Positions 9,906 to 19,665 of a DNA stretch of 20,000 nucleotides are shown here, one piece after another (the stretch's first letter is position 1; every line of letters starts with the position of its first letter). The stretch is from Chiloscyllium plagiosum (Eukaryota). The notes under the pieces are model-generated. The model did no database searches. It was not told where the DNA came from and was given only the letters and a program-made list of their open reading frames with translations. Both the position numbers and the translations under genes were made by a program. The stretch spans positions 7,952,711 to 7,972,710 of the forward strand of contig NC_057718.1 of assembly GCF_004010195.1 (NCBI RefSeq), written 5' to 3'.

Positions 9906-10234
9906 TGATGCTGAACGGAGACCCTGTATAATCATTTATCAGAGTTCTTTATCTTTATACACAATTCGTTAATAATAATTTTAAAATACCATTCGCGTTC
10001 CTAGCTATTTGCGATAATCCACATGTTAATGGTCTGTTATTCATGTACAAGTAACTCACAGCAATGCCTATTTAGTAACATTTCCCAGTCTCTCACATTT
10101 TGTAAAATATTCCACTTTCTGATTTTTTTTCTAGGAGGTGGAAGATTTCATATTTCTCCACATTATCCTCCATCTGAAACATTTTATTTAGCCCATTAGG
10201 TTAACCTATCTATATCCTCCATGGGCTCCTTATT

Positions 10235-10412
10235 CATTGATTGCTTTCAAGAATGAGTTACATGCAGTTCTTAGGGCTTGAGAGATTGAATGGGGGTTGG
10301 AGTGAAAATAAGTAGAGGGGACTGAGTTGGATGATCAGCCATGATCTTGATGAATACTGGTACAGGTTTGAAGGGCCAAATGGCTTACTCCTGCTCCTAT
10401 TTTCTATGTTTT
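10235..10412 (+). mobile_element. CR1 3' end remnant
   Basis: GAGTTGGATGATCAGCCATGATC...TTGAAGGGCCAAATGGCTTACTCCTGCTCCTATTTTCTATGTT. Confidence 0.8.
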
Positions 10413-10429
10413 TTTTTTAATCCTAGGTC

Positions 10430-11040
10430 TCCCTTATAGCTTAACTTTCCACCAACTTGGTGCCATCAATAAACCCACACAGTTTCAACTAAGTCATTAA
10501 CAAAGATTATAAATGATTGAAATCTAAGCACTGGTCTTTTTGAAGTATCCCATTCATTACAACTTTCCTGTCCATAAAAGACCCTTTTATTTCAACTCTC
10601 AGTTTTCTGTCAGCTAACCAATCCTCAGTCCCATTGGTTCTAATTTTAAGTAAGAACCTCTTGGGCTGCACCTTGTTGAATTGTTCTTGAAAATCTGAAT
10701 AGACTAATACATTTGTCAAATCTATAATATATGAACTTATTTAAATCTCAGTTAATATTGCACACTTATGCAATCATTTTTGAAAATTGCTGTCACCCTA
10801 ATAATAGATACTAATACTTTCCAGTTTACTGATGTTTGGCTGAGTGGCCAATGCTGTTTACTTTCCCACATCCTTTTTAAATAGCAGTGTTGCTTGCTAC
10901 CATCCAACCCACAGAGATTAGTCTGAAATCTAAGGAGTTCTGGAAGACCAAAATCAATATATCCCATCTGACTGGGGTCCCCTATTTAAAACTCCCAGGC
11001 TTGTAGATGTTAAAGTCCAAGTGATTTTAGTCGCATCGAT
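10430..11040 (-). mobile_element. Highly decayed CR1 RT fragment
   Basis: Minus-strand peptides VYSDFQEQFNKV, DWLADRKLRVEIKGSF and WPLSQTSVNWKVLVSII. Probably continuous with a remnant at ~10130-10220. Confidence 0.75.
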
Positions 11041-11084
11041 TTCTCTGATCTTATTTCTTTACTTCTCTACTCTACCCAAAACCA

Positions 11085-11300
11085 GGAGGTCACAGTCTAA
11101 GGATACAGTGTGGGCCATTTTGGACTGAGCTGAGGAGAAATGTCTTCACCCAGAGAGTGGGGAGCCTGTGAGATTCTCTGCCACAGAAAGAGGTTGAGGG
11201 CAAAACATTTAATGTTTTCAAGAAGGAGAGAGAGATACAGTCCTTTGGGCTAAAGGGGTTATACGATATGGGGGGAGACTGACTTGGGTGCAAAGGACTG
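11085..11300 (+). mobile_element. CR1 3' ORF-end fragment
   Basis: GGTCACAGTCTAAGGATA...TTTTGGACTGAGCTGAGGAGAAATGTCTTCACCCAGAGAGTGG (RRNxFTQRV). Confidence 0.85.
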
Positions 11301-11304
11301 ATTT

Positions 11305-11413
11305 GGAGATAATCAACCTTTTCAGAAATATTATTATCTTCTGGAGCAGGAGGATATTGAATCTGGTCCTCCTGGCCCAGAGAGCGTGAGCCAACCACTG
11401 CACCACAATGGCA
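11305..11413 (-). mobile_element. Short tRNA-derived SINE
   Basis: Minus strand TGGTGCAGTGG (A box) ... AGATTCAATATCC (degenerate B box) ... AGGTTGATTA. Similar to 12860-12962. Confidence 0.6.
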
Positions 11414-11454
11414 TATTATGAGTACTGAGCCTCCGAGCCCTGGGAAACTATAAT

Positions 11455-12856
11455 TCATAAGAAATAGGAACAGAATTAGGCCATTCAGCCCATTAGTTCA
11501 GCTGTACCATGTGATCATGGCTGATATGTATCTTAACCCCATTCTGCTGCCTTCTCCCTGTAACCCTTGATCCCCTTCCTAACCAAAACCTACCTCCCTC
11601 TGTCTTAAAGACACTCAATGACTTGGCCTCAACAGCCCTCTGTAGCAACAGCCCACAGATTCACCACCTTCTAGCTGAAAAAAATTCCTCCTCATCTCAG
11701 TTCGAAAGGATCATTTCTTCACTCTGAGGCTGTGCCCTCAGGTCCGACCAGTGGAAATATCTCCACATCCACTCTATCCAGGCTTCTAAGTATTCTGTAG
11801 GTTTTAGTTAGATACCTCCTCATCCTTCTAAACTCAACTGAATACAGACACAGAGACCCCAACCACTCCTCATATGATCAGTCTTTCATCCCTGGGACCA
11901 TTCTTGTAAACCTCTTCCTGATCCCTTCCAATACCAGCACATCCTTCCTTAGATATGGAACACAAAACTATTCACAATATTCCAAAGAGACAAAAAAAAA
12001 CCCTGCAGATGCTGGAAATCAATATAGTCAGGCAGGAGGCTGGGAGAACACAGCAAGCCAGGCAGCATCAGGAGGTGGAGAAGTCAGCGTTTCAGGTGTA
12101 ATTCTTACAAATGCGGTCTGACCAGAGCCTTATACAGCCTCAGCAGTACAGTTCTGCTCTTGTATTCTAGCCCTCTTGAAATGAATGTTAACATTGCATT
12201 TGCTTTCCTAACTGCCAACTGAATCTGCACGTTAACCATAAGAGAATCCTGAATGAAGGCTGCCAAATCCCTTTGTGCTTCAGATGTCCAAAGTCTTTCC
12301 ACATTTGGAAAATAATCTACGTCCCTATTCTTTCTACCAAAGTGCATAACATCACACTTTCCCACATTGTATTGTATCTGCCATTTATTTGGCCACTCTC
12401 CTAGCCTGTCCAAGCCCTTCTGCAGCCTTCCTGATTCCTCAACACTACCTGTCCTACCATCTATTTTTGTGTCATCTGCAAACTTAGCAACAATGCCCTC
12501 AGTTCCTTTATTTAAATTATTAATGTATACGTAAATAGTTGTGGTCCCAACACAGACCCAAACAGAACTCCACTAGTCACCAGAAACCGATTCCTTTATC
12601 CCTACTCTCGGCCTTCTGCCGGTCAGCCAATCCTCTGTCCATACCAGTACCCTGCCCCTAACACCATCAATTTTTATCAGCAACCTTCTGTTTGTCAAAG
12701 GCCTTCTGCAAATTCAGAAAGATCACGTGCACTGGTTCTCCTTTGTCTAACTTGCTTGTTACCTCCTCAAAGAATTTGAACAGATTTGTTGGGCATGACT
12801 TCCCCTTGACGAAGCCACGGAGACTCAGCCCGATTTCACCATGCACTTCCAAGTAC
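11455..12856 (-). mobile_element. CR1 LINE, RT to 3' tail, with an internal deletion and a PLE insertion
   Basis: GFVKGKSCPTNLFKFFEEVT...LQKAFDK, VAKFADDTK, WQIQYNVGKCDVMHFGRKN, LYKALVRPHL. 3' UTR at ~11455-11530. Confidence 0.93.
11986..12107 (-). mobile_element. Penelope-like pLTR fragment inserted in CR1
   Basis: GAGACAAAAA...TGCAGATGCTGGAA...GGCTGGGAGAACACAGCAAGCCAGGCAGCATCAGGAGGTGGAGAAGTC is the antisense of ~16155-16256. The CR1 reads through when it is removed (TATTCCAAA|TGCGGTCTG). Confidence 0.8.
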
Positions 12857-12859
12857 CGA

Positions 12860-12962
12860 TTCAATTGGCTGATCCAACGTTCCTTACTTCTGACGCAGGT
12901 TGGTATTGAACCCAGTCCTCCTAATCCAAAGATAGGGACACTACCGCTGCATCAAAAAGGCA
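12860..12962 (-). mobile_element. Short tRNA-derived SINE
   Basis: Minus strand TGATGCAGCGGTAGTGTCCCTA...GGGTTCAATACC (A and B boxes). Confidence 0.6.
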
Positions 12963-12964
12963 CA

Positions 12965-13295
12965 ATATGGGCACAGAGCTGGGTGAACAGCCATGATCAT
13001 ATTGAACGATCAGGTGATGCATTCAATATAGGAACATAGGGATAAAGGAGCGAGGTAGACCATTGCAGGGCTGAATGGCCTATTCCTGTTGTGGAAGAAT
13101 GAGCTGCCAGAGGAAGTGGTGGAGACAGGTACAATTGCAACATTTAAAAGGCACCTGGGTGAGTATATAAATAGGAAGGGTTTGGGGGGGGTTTGGGCCA
13201 AATGCTGGCGAATGGGATTGAGATGTCTGGTTGAGGTGGACAAGGTGGTCTGAGGGGTCTGTTGCCCTGTTGCATGAATCTATGGATCTATAACT
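12965..13295 (+). mobile_element. Cluster of CR1/HER1 3'-end fragments
   Basis: CAGCCATGATCATATTGAA and GGGCTGAATGGCCTATTCCTG tails. 13098-13290 is colinear with ~18376-18570. Confidence 0.8.
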
Positions 13296-13396
13296 ACTAT
13301 TTACATGGTACAGTTGATGGAGCACCCATTATTCCCTCAAACAACACCACCATCACCTCCAAATATTCTAGTTGGTGATTGGTCACTTTGTGTGAT

Positions 13397-13815
13397 GGGG
13401 CGATGGCAGCTTAATGATGCTATCACTGGGTCAGTACCCAGAGAGTCTGCCTCATGCTCTGGGGTCGTGGATTCAGTCCCACAGTGGCAGCATGTGAATT
13501 TAAATACATGGAACAAATTTAATTCATGCGTCTCAGGAATGCTGACCACGAAGCGATCTTTGAATGTTATAAAATCTGTTCTCGTTCACTTCTCAAAAGG
13601 ACATTTGCCATCCTTACCTGATGTAGCTCCTGTCAGACTCCAGACCTCGAACTCTGTCCTTTTGCAATGGTCTGGCACAACAGTTAGTGGAAGCAGCTGA
13701 ACTATAGTCGCTCAAGACAGTGGCTCACCACCATTTCTTCGTGGTCATTTCAGGATGAGCAGTAAATTCGGCCCTTGCCAATAATGCCCACATCCTGTGA
13801 AATAAATTTTTAAAA
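13397..13815 (+). mobile_element. Old, near full-length tRNA-derived SINE with LINE-derived tail
   Basis: Degenerate head (B box GGATTCAGTCCC), core CCATCCTTACCTG...GACTCCAGACC, tail GGCTCACCACCA...GCCCTTGCCAATAATGCCCACATCC shared with the LINE tail at 18586-18648. Confidence 0.65.
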
Positions 13816-14074
13816 TAGAACATTGTGGGACATGTTATTTGCAGGATAGATGGTTAGATTGCCTTCCAGAACAATCAGCCAGTGATTGCACAACCAAGTA
13901 ATTCTTTGTCTGTTTTGAGGCTTTTGGAAGACGAGTTAAGATGTGAAAAATAGTGCTCTTTCTCATTGCAATTTCCTCCATCACTGGATTTTAAATAGGG
14001 TGAGGAATCGATACTTTGACACTTGGAAACTCCATTCTCAGAAATTCCATGTTAAAACCGACTTGTTAATAACT

Positions 14075-14378
14075 GCAAACTTTCCCAAAACCACAATCTC
14101 GACCATCTCATCAAGCAAGGGCTGCTCAAAGCATGGAAAACCACTGCCTTTAGGTCCCCTCCAAGTCTCACTGACTTTGGTATATTTTTGCTGTGCCATT
14201 ATCATGATACCAGAGGTAACTTCCTGTAACTTCCTCCCTGATGAATATTATGAATATACCTACACTACATGGCCTGCAGATGTTCAAGAAACTGACTCAC
14301 CATCAGCTTCTCAAGACCAGTTTGGGTTGGGCGATGGGTTCCTGTCCAACAAGTGACATCCACATCCCAACGATGGAT
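14075..14378 (+). mobile_element. CR1/L2-group LINE 3' end remnant
   Basis: Colinear with 17645-17882 plus 18586-18640 (CCCAAA...CAAGGGC...CATGG.AA.ACCAC...TTCAAGAA...CACCATC...CACATCCCA). Confidence 0.7.
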
Positions 14379-14379
14379 T

Positions 14380-14930
14380 CATTGTCTTTCATATGAGCTG
14401 CTATACTGACACCCAATCTGCACTCTCAGTTAGATGTGGGTGGGCGGCACAGTGGCTCATTGGTTAGTACTGCTGTCTCACAGCGCCAGAGGCCTGGGTT
14501 CAATTCCTGCCTCAGGTGACTGACTGTGTGGAGTCTGCACATTCTTCCCGTGTCTGCATGGGTTTCCTCCCATAGTCCAAAAGTGTGCAGGTTAGGTGAA
14601 TTAGCCATGCTAAATTGCCCATAGTATTAGGTGTAGGTGGGTGGGTTGTGCTGCGGCAGGTCGGTGTGGACTTGTTGGGCTGAAGGGCTTGTTTCCATAC
14701 TGTAAGTAATCTAATCCAAAGAAAGACACTATGGCATTGTTTTAGTGAATATCCTCCCAATATCCGGGTCAAAGTCAATCTTTCAATCAGCAACAACATA
14801 AATGATCTGGTCGGTATCACATTGATGTTTGTGGGATCTTGCTGTGTGTAAAATGGTTGACATGTGTCCAATGTTCTGAAAGTATTGCACTGGCTAGAAA
14901 AGACTTTGGGAAGTTCAGAGAAAAATGATT
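14380..14930 (+). mobile_element. Deu-domain SINE remnant split by an HE1 insertion
   Basis: 5' part GTCTTTCATATGAG...TCTGCACTCTCAGTTAGATGT. 3' part AAAGACACTATGGCA...TGATCTGGTC...TATCACATTGATGTTTGTGGGATCTTGCTGTG. Confidence 0.7.
14438..14717 (+). mobile_element. HE1-type V-SINE (with internal deletions)
   Basis: GGGCGGCACAGTGGCTCATTGG, GGTTCAATTCC, V-domain and GTAATCTAATC tail. Confidence 0.93.
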
Positions 14931-15194
14931 GCTCTTCCATGACTTTAAGTAGAAACGGTGTCACAGGACCATTTTGAAGATCATGAACAATAATGTGCAC
15001 TACATTTCTGATCAAAGTAAAGTCACCAAACAACACCTCACAAAAGCATTGGGAGGTGGAGAATTGGAGCACAGTGCCTTAGCTCTCTCCCTCCATCACA
15101 CTTCCTGCTTGAAGACACAACTTCAAAGACATATGGGGAGCTCCTCAGGGGTACATCTTTCCTCTGACCCATATGACTCAAAGGAGATGTGCAG

Positions 15195-15415
15195 AAGCAT
15201 CTCTGCACACAAAGGGTGGTAGATGTTTAGAACTCTCTTCCACAAATGGCAGTGGATTCTTGATTAGTTGTTAATTTTAAAGCCAAGGCAGATAAAACTT
15301 TGTTAAGCGAAGGGATTAAGGGATATGGACCATAGGCCACAGATTAGCCAAGATCGCACTGAATGGCCGAACAGGCTTGAAGGGTTGAATGGATTAATCC
15401 TGCGCCTATGTTTCA
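15195..15415 (+). mobile_element. CR1 3' end remnant
   Basis: CACAAAGGGTGGTAGATGTTTAGAACTCTCTTCCACA...AGATTAGCCAAGATC...GGCTTGAAGGGTTGAATGG. Confidence 0.8.
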
Positions 15416-15553
15416 TATGCACATTACGACACTTAAGTTTTGCAATCTCCATGTATAAAGCAGAACAATAGGAGGAGGAGGGTCACTGGATTGAATCTGG
15501 AGTTGAGAGCCTTGGTTTATGAGGAGTGACTGAGTAGACTGGAATTATATTCA

Positions 15554-15886
15554 GTGGGGCGGGGCGGCACAGTGGTTAGCACTGCTGCCTCACAGCGCCA
15601 GAGACCCAGGTCCAATTCCTGCCTCAGGCAACTGTCTGTGTGGAGTTTGCACGTTCTCCCCGTGTCTGTGTGGGTTTCCTCCGGGTGCTCCGGTTTCCTC
15701 CTACAGTCCAAAGATGTGTAGGTCAGGTGAATTGTCGATGCCAAATTGCCCGTAGTGTTAGGTGAAGGTGTAAATGTTGGGGAATGGGTCTGGGTGGGTT
15801 GCTCTTCGGCGGGTCGGTGTGGACTTGTTGGGCCGAAGGGCCTGTTTCCACACTGTAAGTAATCTAATCTAATCAGTAATCTAATC
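15554..15886 (+). mobile_element. HE1-type V-SINE with 8-bp TSD
   Basis: tRNA head, V-domain and (TAATC)n tail. TSD TATATTCA at 15546-15553 and 15887-15894. Confidence 0.95.
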
Positions 15887-15984
15887 TATATTCATTAGAA
15901 TTTAGAAGAATGAGTGGTAATCTTACAGAAACATAAAATTATGAAAGGAATAGATAAGATAAAGGAGGCAGGTAGTTTCCACTG

Positions 15985-16256
15985 TGGGGGATGGGCGGGG
16001 CTGAGGTAGGGATAGGCAAACATAGGTAAGACCATCAACCACCCTGGACCCAGCACCCCCCAGCTCACCACCAACCCCACCCCCCCCCACCCCCCTTTAT
16101 CTGCAGCTCCCCTTACACCAACTCCCAGTCCTGAAATAGGGTCACACCCAAAATGTGGACTTCTCCACCTCCTGACACTGCCTGGCTTGCTGTGTTCTTC
16201 CAGCCTCCTGCTTCCAGCCTACCTTGGATTCCAGCATCGGCACTTCTTTTTGTCTC
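15985..16256 (+). mobile_element. Penelope-like 3' region/pLTR
   Basis: C-rich tract, then CCTGAAATAGGGTCACACCCAAAATGT (decayed hammerhead core) ...CTGCCTGGCTTGCTGTGTTCTTCCAGC...ATTCCAGCATC...TTTTTGTCTC. Confidence 0.8.
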
Positions 16257-16909
16257 AAAATAAGAGTGAGCAGATTTAGGATGGAGTTGAGAAGGAGCTT
16301 CTTCACCCAGAGGGTTGTTAATCCGTGGAATGCCCCGCCCAGTGTTGAATGTTTTTAAGGCAAAGATAGAGAGATGTTAGAACAGTAAAGGAATTAAGGG
16401 TTATGGTGAGCGAGCGGGTGAGTGGAATTGAGTCCATGAAAAGATCAGCCATGCTCTTATTGAATGGTGGAGCAGGCTCGAGGGGCCAGATGACCTCCTC
16501 CTGCTCCTCTTCTGATGTTCTTATGAAAAACAAATATAAAACAGAAAGAGTTTCAAAGGTTTTATTTTTTTAAGAATATTTCTAAAACTATTGCAAAGGT
16601 TGGCAGGCCACTTGGAAGACTCAAACCTTCCCAAAGCCACAAGGACAGTGAACTTGTTTTTAATGTCGCAATAATCTGCTGTCCGGGCAAAGCTATTGTT
16701 TTGCTCTGAAGCCACAGATTTTTCTGTGACCCACTCCGCAAAGCAAAATATGGGATGCCATGGACAAAACAATGTTGATCATCTGAACGCTGGTGATGCC
16801 AGACAAAGCCATTTGACTACCTATTTCCAAGGCTGACATTCAACCCTGGTATCACCGGCATTGATGAGGTCTTCCAGTACGTCTTCCTTGCAGTTGTGTA
16901 ATGAACATA

Positions 16910-17117
16910 CAGTCAGTTCCGATATAACGCGGCAGTTCTGTTCTCGCGCGTTTCAAGAAAATCGCACAATAGCCTCACCATTTAAACTATTGAGGCCAAA
17001 GTCATGTTATCGCCAATACAGGAAAGGAGAATGATGGCCTAAATAACGGTCTAAATATGTCAATCACGTTAAAGCCAATTTGCATTGAAGAAACGCGCGC
17101 TATAGCAGAACCGGCTG
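16910..17117. mobile_element. MITE of the Tc1/mariner superfamily (pogo/Tigger-like)
   Basis: Left TIR CAGTCAGTTCCGATATAACGCG versus right TIR (reverse complement) CAGCCGGTTCTGCTATAGCGCG, 17/22 identical. Flanked by TA on the left and CA on the right. Confidence 0.8.
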
Positions 17118-17129
17118 CATTAAATTCAA

Positions 17130-17560
17130 AGAATGATAGGACACAGAGGAGGTCATTCAGACCTTCACACCTGTACTAGCTCTTCCATATGGGCATTTGA
17201 TTGATCCCACTGCCCTACTCTTCGCCCAGGGACCTACAATGTTTCCTGTCACATATTCATCCAATTCCTTTTGAACGTTACAACTGAATCTAATTTCAGT
17301 ATCCTTTCAGACAGTATAATCCAGATCAATAGAATCATAAAAGCAATTACAGCACAGAAAGAGGCCATTCAGCCCATTGTGTCTGGGCTCGCTGAATAAA
17401 ATGGCTGCACATTCTAATCCTGCTCTCCAGCACCTGCTCCATAACTTCGCAGGTTCCAGTGTTTCAGATGCAGATACAGATTCCTCTTACGTTAACTGGG
17501 GGCTTCAGCTTTGACTACAAAACTGGGCAGCGAATTCTGAATACCCACCAGCCTCACTGC
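17130..17560 (-). mobile_element. Two old CR1 3'-end remnants
   Basis: CACAGAGGAGGTCATTCAG and ACAGCACAGAAAGAGGCCATTCAGCCCAT antisense tails. GGCAGCGAATTCTGA is the antisense of the WN-LP-like region. Confidence 0.65.
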
Positions 17561-17624
17561 ATCTACCAACTCACTCAATAAAAATATATCCTCTTGTTAC
17601 CCCTTTTACCCAGCATCCTAGATT

Positions 17625-18648
17625 CATCACAGATCCTCGGACAGCACTTCCCAAACCCATGACCACTTCCATGTAGAAGGACAAGGGCAGCAGATACATG
17701 GGAACACCACCCCCCTGCAAACTCCTCTCCGAGCAACTCTCCATCCCGACTTGGAAATATATTGCAGTATCTTCCCTGTAACTGGGTCAAAATCCTGGAA
17801 TTCCCTCCCTTGGGGCATCGTGGGTTAACCCACAGCACGTGGACTGCAAGAAAGCAGCTGACCACCATCTTCTCAAGAGCAACCTTGGAGTGCAGGTTCA
17901 TAGCTCCTTGAAAGTGGAGTCCTGGGTAGTGAAGAAGGCATTTGGTATGCTTTCCTTTAATGGTCAGTCCACTGAGTATAGGAGTTGGGAGGACATGTTG
18001 CAGCTGTACAGGACATTGGTTCGGCCATTTCGGAACACTGCATTCAATTCTGGTCTTTCTGCTGCAGGAAGGGGATGTTATGAAACTTGAAAGGGTTCAG
18101 AAAAGATTTACAAGGATGTTTCCAGAGAATGAGGATTTGAGCTATAGGGAGCGGCTGGATAGGCTGAGGTTGTTTTCCCTGGAGCATCAGGGGCTGAGGG
18201 GTGACCTTATACAGGTTTATAAAATCATGAGGGATATGGATAGGATAAATAGACAAGAGCTTTTCCCTGGAATGGGGGAGTCACAAACTAGAGGGCGTAG
18301 GTTTAAGGTGAGAGGGGAAAGATTTAAAAGGGATCTAAGGAGCAACTTTCTCACACAGAGGGTGGTACATGTATGGAATGAGCTGCCAGAGGAAGTGGTG
18401 GAGGCTGGTACAATTACAACATTTAAAAGGCATCCAGATGGGTATATGAATAGGAAGGGTTTGAAGAGATATGGGCCAAGTGCTGGCAACTGGGACTAGG
18501 TTAATTTAGAATATCTGGTTGGCACGAGTTAGACTAAAGGGTCTGTTTCCGTGCTGTTCAGCTCTATGAGTCTTTGACTCTGTAAATAAGGACAGGCAAT
18601 AAATGCTGGCCCAGCCAGTGACACCCACATCCCATTTGAGAATCAAAA
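17625..18648 (+). mobile_element. CR1/L2-group LINE 3' end (17625-17882 and 18586-18648) split by a HER1 copy
   Basis: ...CACCATCTTCTCAAGAGCAA | insertion | ATAAGGACAGGCAATAAATGCTGGCCCAGCCAGTGACACCCACATCCCA. Confidence 0.8.
17883..18582 (+). mobile_element. 5'-truncated HER1/CR1 LINE, relatively well preserved
   Basis: LGVQVHSSLKVES, LYRTLVRP, KLERVQKRFTRMFP...LRGDLIQVYKIM...WNELPEEVVEAGTITTFK. 3' UTR with TCTATGA.TCT repeats. Confidence 0.95.
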
Positions 18649-18937
18649 ATATCTGCTGACTGGTCATCAATGCTACTGTTATTTCAAAACAAATCCTTGT
18701 TTATTCTACAAAAGCCCTGCATGATTAATAGGCCCTCACTGTGAGAAATAAGTTTCATGTCTCCTTTGGTCTTTCTAACCATCTTACTCAGTGTTCCCTA
18801 GTTCCCTACCACTGGGCCATGATTTGTTTCTTATCTGCTCTGTCCTGACCACACCACAGCCGATGGTACATTCTCAAAGTCTGGTCAGTGTTGTAGAAAG
18901 TACAGACAGATCCAACAAACAGACATGCAATTTCGGC

Positions 18938-19100
18938 GAAACAGACATCAGGAGCAGGAGTAGGCCATTCAGCCCTTCACACCTGCTTTCCCATTCAATG
19001 GGATCATGGCTGATCATCCAACCCTGTTCTCACTTTTTCCACATACCCATCACTCCCTTTACAACCAACTCCTTCTTGAAAACATTCAATACTTTGATCT
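18938..19100 (-). mobile_element. CR1 3' UTR fragment
   Basis: AGGAGCAGGAGTAGGCCATTCAGCCC...GATCATGGCTGATC is the antisense CR1 tail. Confidence 0.8.
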
Positions 19101-19108
19101 CAGGACAG

Positions 19109-19664
19109 CTCCCTCTGTACAGCACGCCCTCAGTACAACACTCCCTCAGTACAATACTCCCTCAGTGCAACACTCCCTCAGTACAATACTCCCTCAGTAC
19201 AGCACTCCCTCAGTACAACAGTCCCTCAGTACAGCCCTCCCCCAGTACAACACTCCCTCAGTACAACGCTCCCTCAATACAACACTCCCTCAGTACGACA
19301 CTCCCTCAGTATAGCACTCCCTCAGTACAGCGCTCCCTCAGTACAACACTCCCTCAGTACAACACTCCCTCAGAATAGCACTCTCTCAGTACAGCGCTCC
19401 CTCAGTACAACACTCCCCAGTACAACACTCCCTCAGTACAACACTCCCTCAGTACAGCGCTCCCTCAGTACAACACTCCCCAGTACAACACTCCCTCAGT
19501 ACAACACTCCCTCAGTACAACACTCCCTCAGTATGGCACTCCCTCAGAATAGCATTTCCCCAGTACAACACTCCCTCAGGGCAACACTACCCCCGTACAT
19601 CACTCCCTCAATACAGCACTCTCTCAGTACAACACTCCCTCAGTACAGCCCTCCCTCAGTACAA
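19109..19664. repeat. Minisatellite, 16-bp unit CAGTACA(A/G)CACTCCCT, roughly 34-35 copies
   Basis: Head-to-tail repeats with point variants and a few 15-bp units. No unique spacers. Confidence 0.97.
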
Positions 19665-19665
19665 T

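Larger units (their letters stand above)
15490..16523 (+). mobile_element. CR1 3' fragment hosting HE1 and PLE insertions
   Basis: Pieces 15490-15553, 15895-15983 and 16257-16523 join into the CR1 ORF2 end and 3' UTR (AGATCAGCCATG...GGCTCGAGGGGCCAGATG). Confidence 0.85.

Noticed and set aside
14512..15072. 186-aa minus-strand ORF
   Set aside because: It spans antisense DeuSINE and HE1 sequence, so it is a chance ORF.
16128..16160. Functional hammerhead ribozyme
   Set aside because: The core reads CUGAAAU and AAAA instead of CUGAnGA and GAAA. The other copies are also broken.
19109..19664. CRISPR-like array
   Set aside because: Units abut with no unique spacers, there are no cas genes and the context is vertebrate. 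It is a minisatellite.
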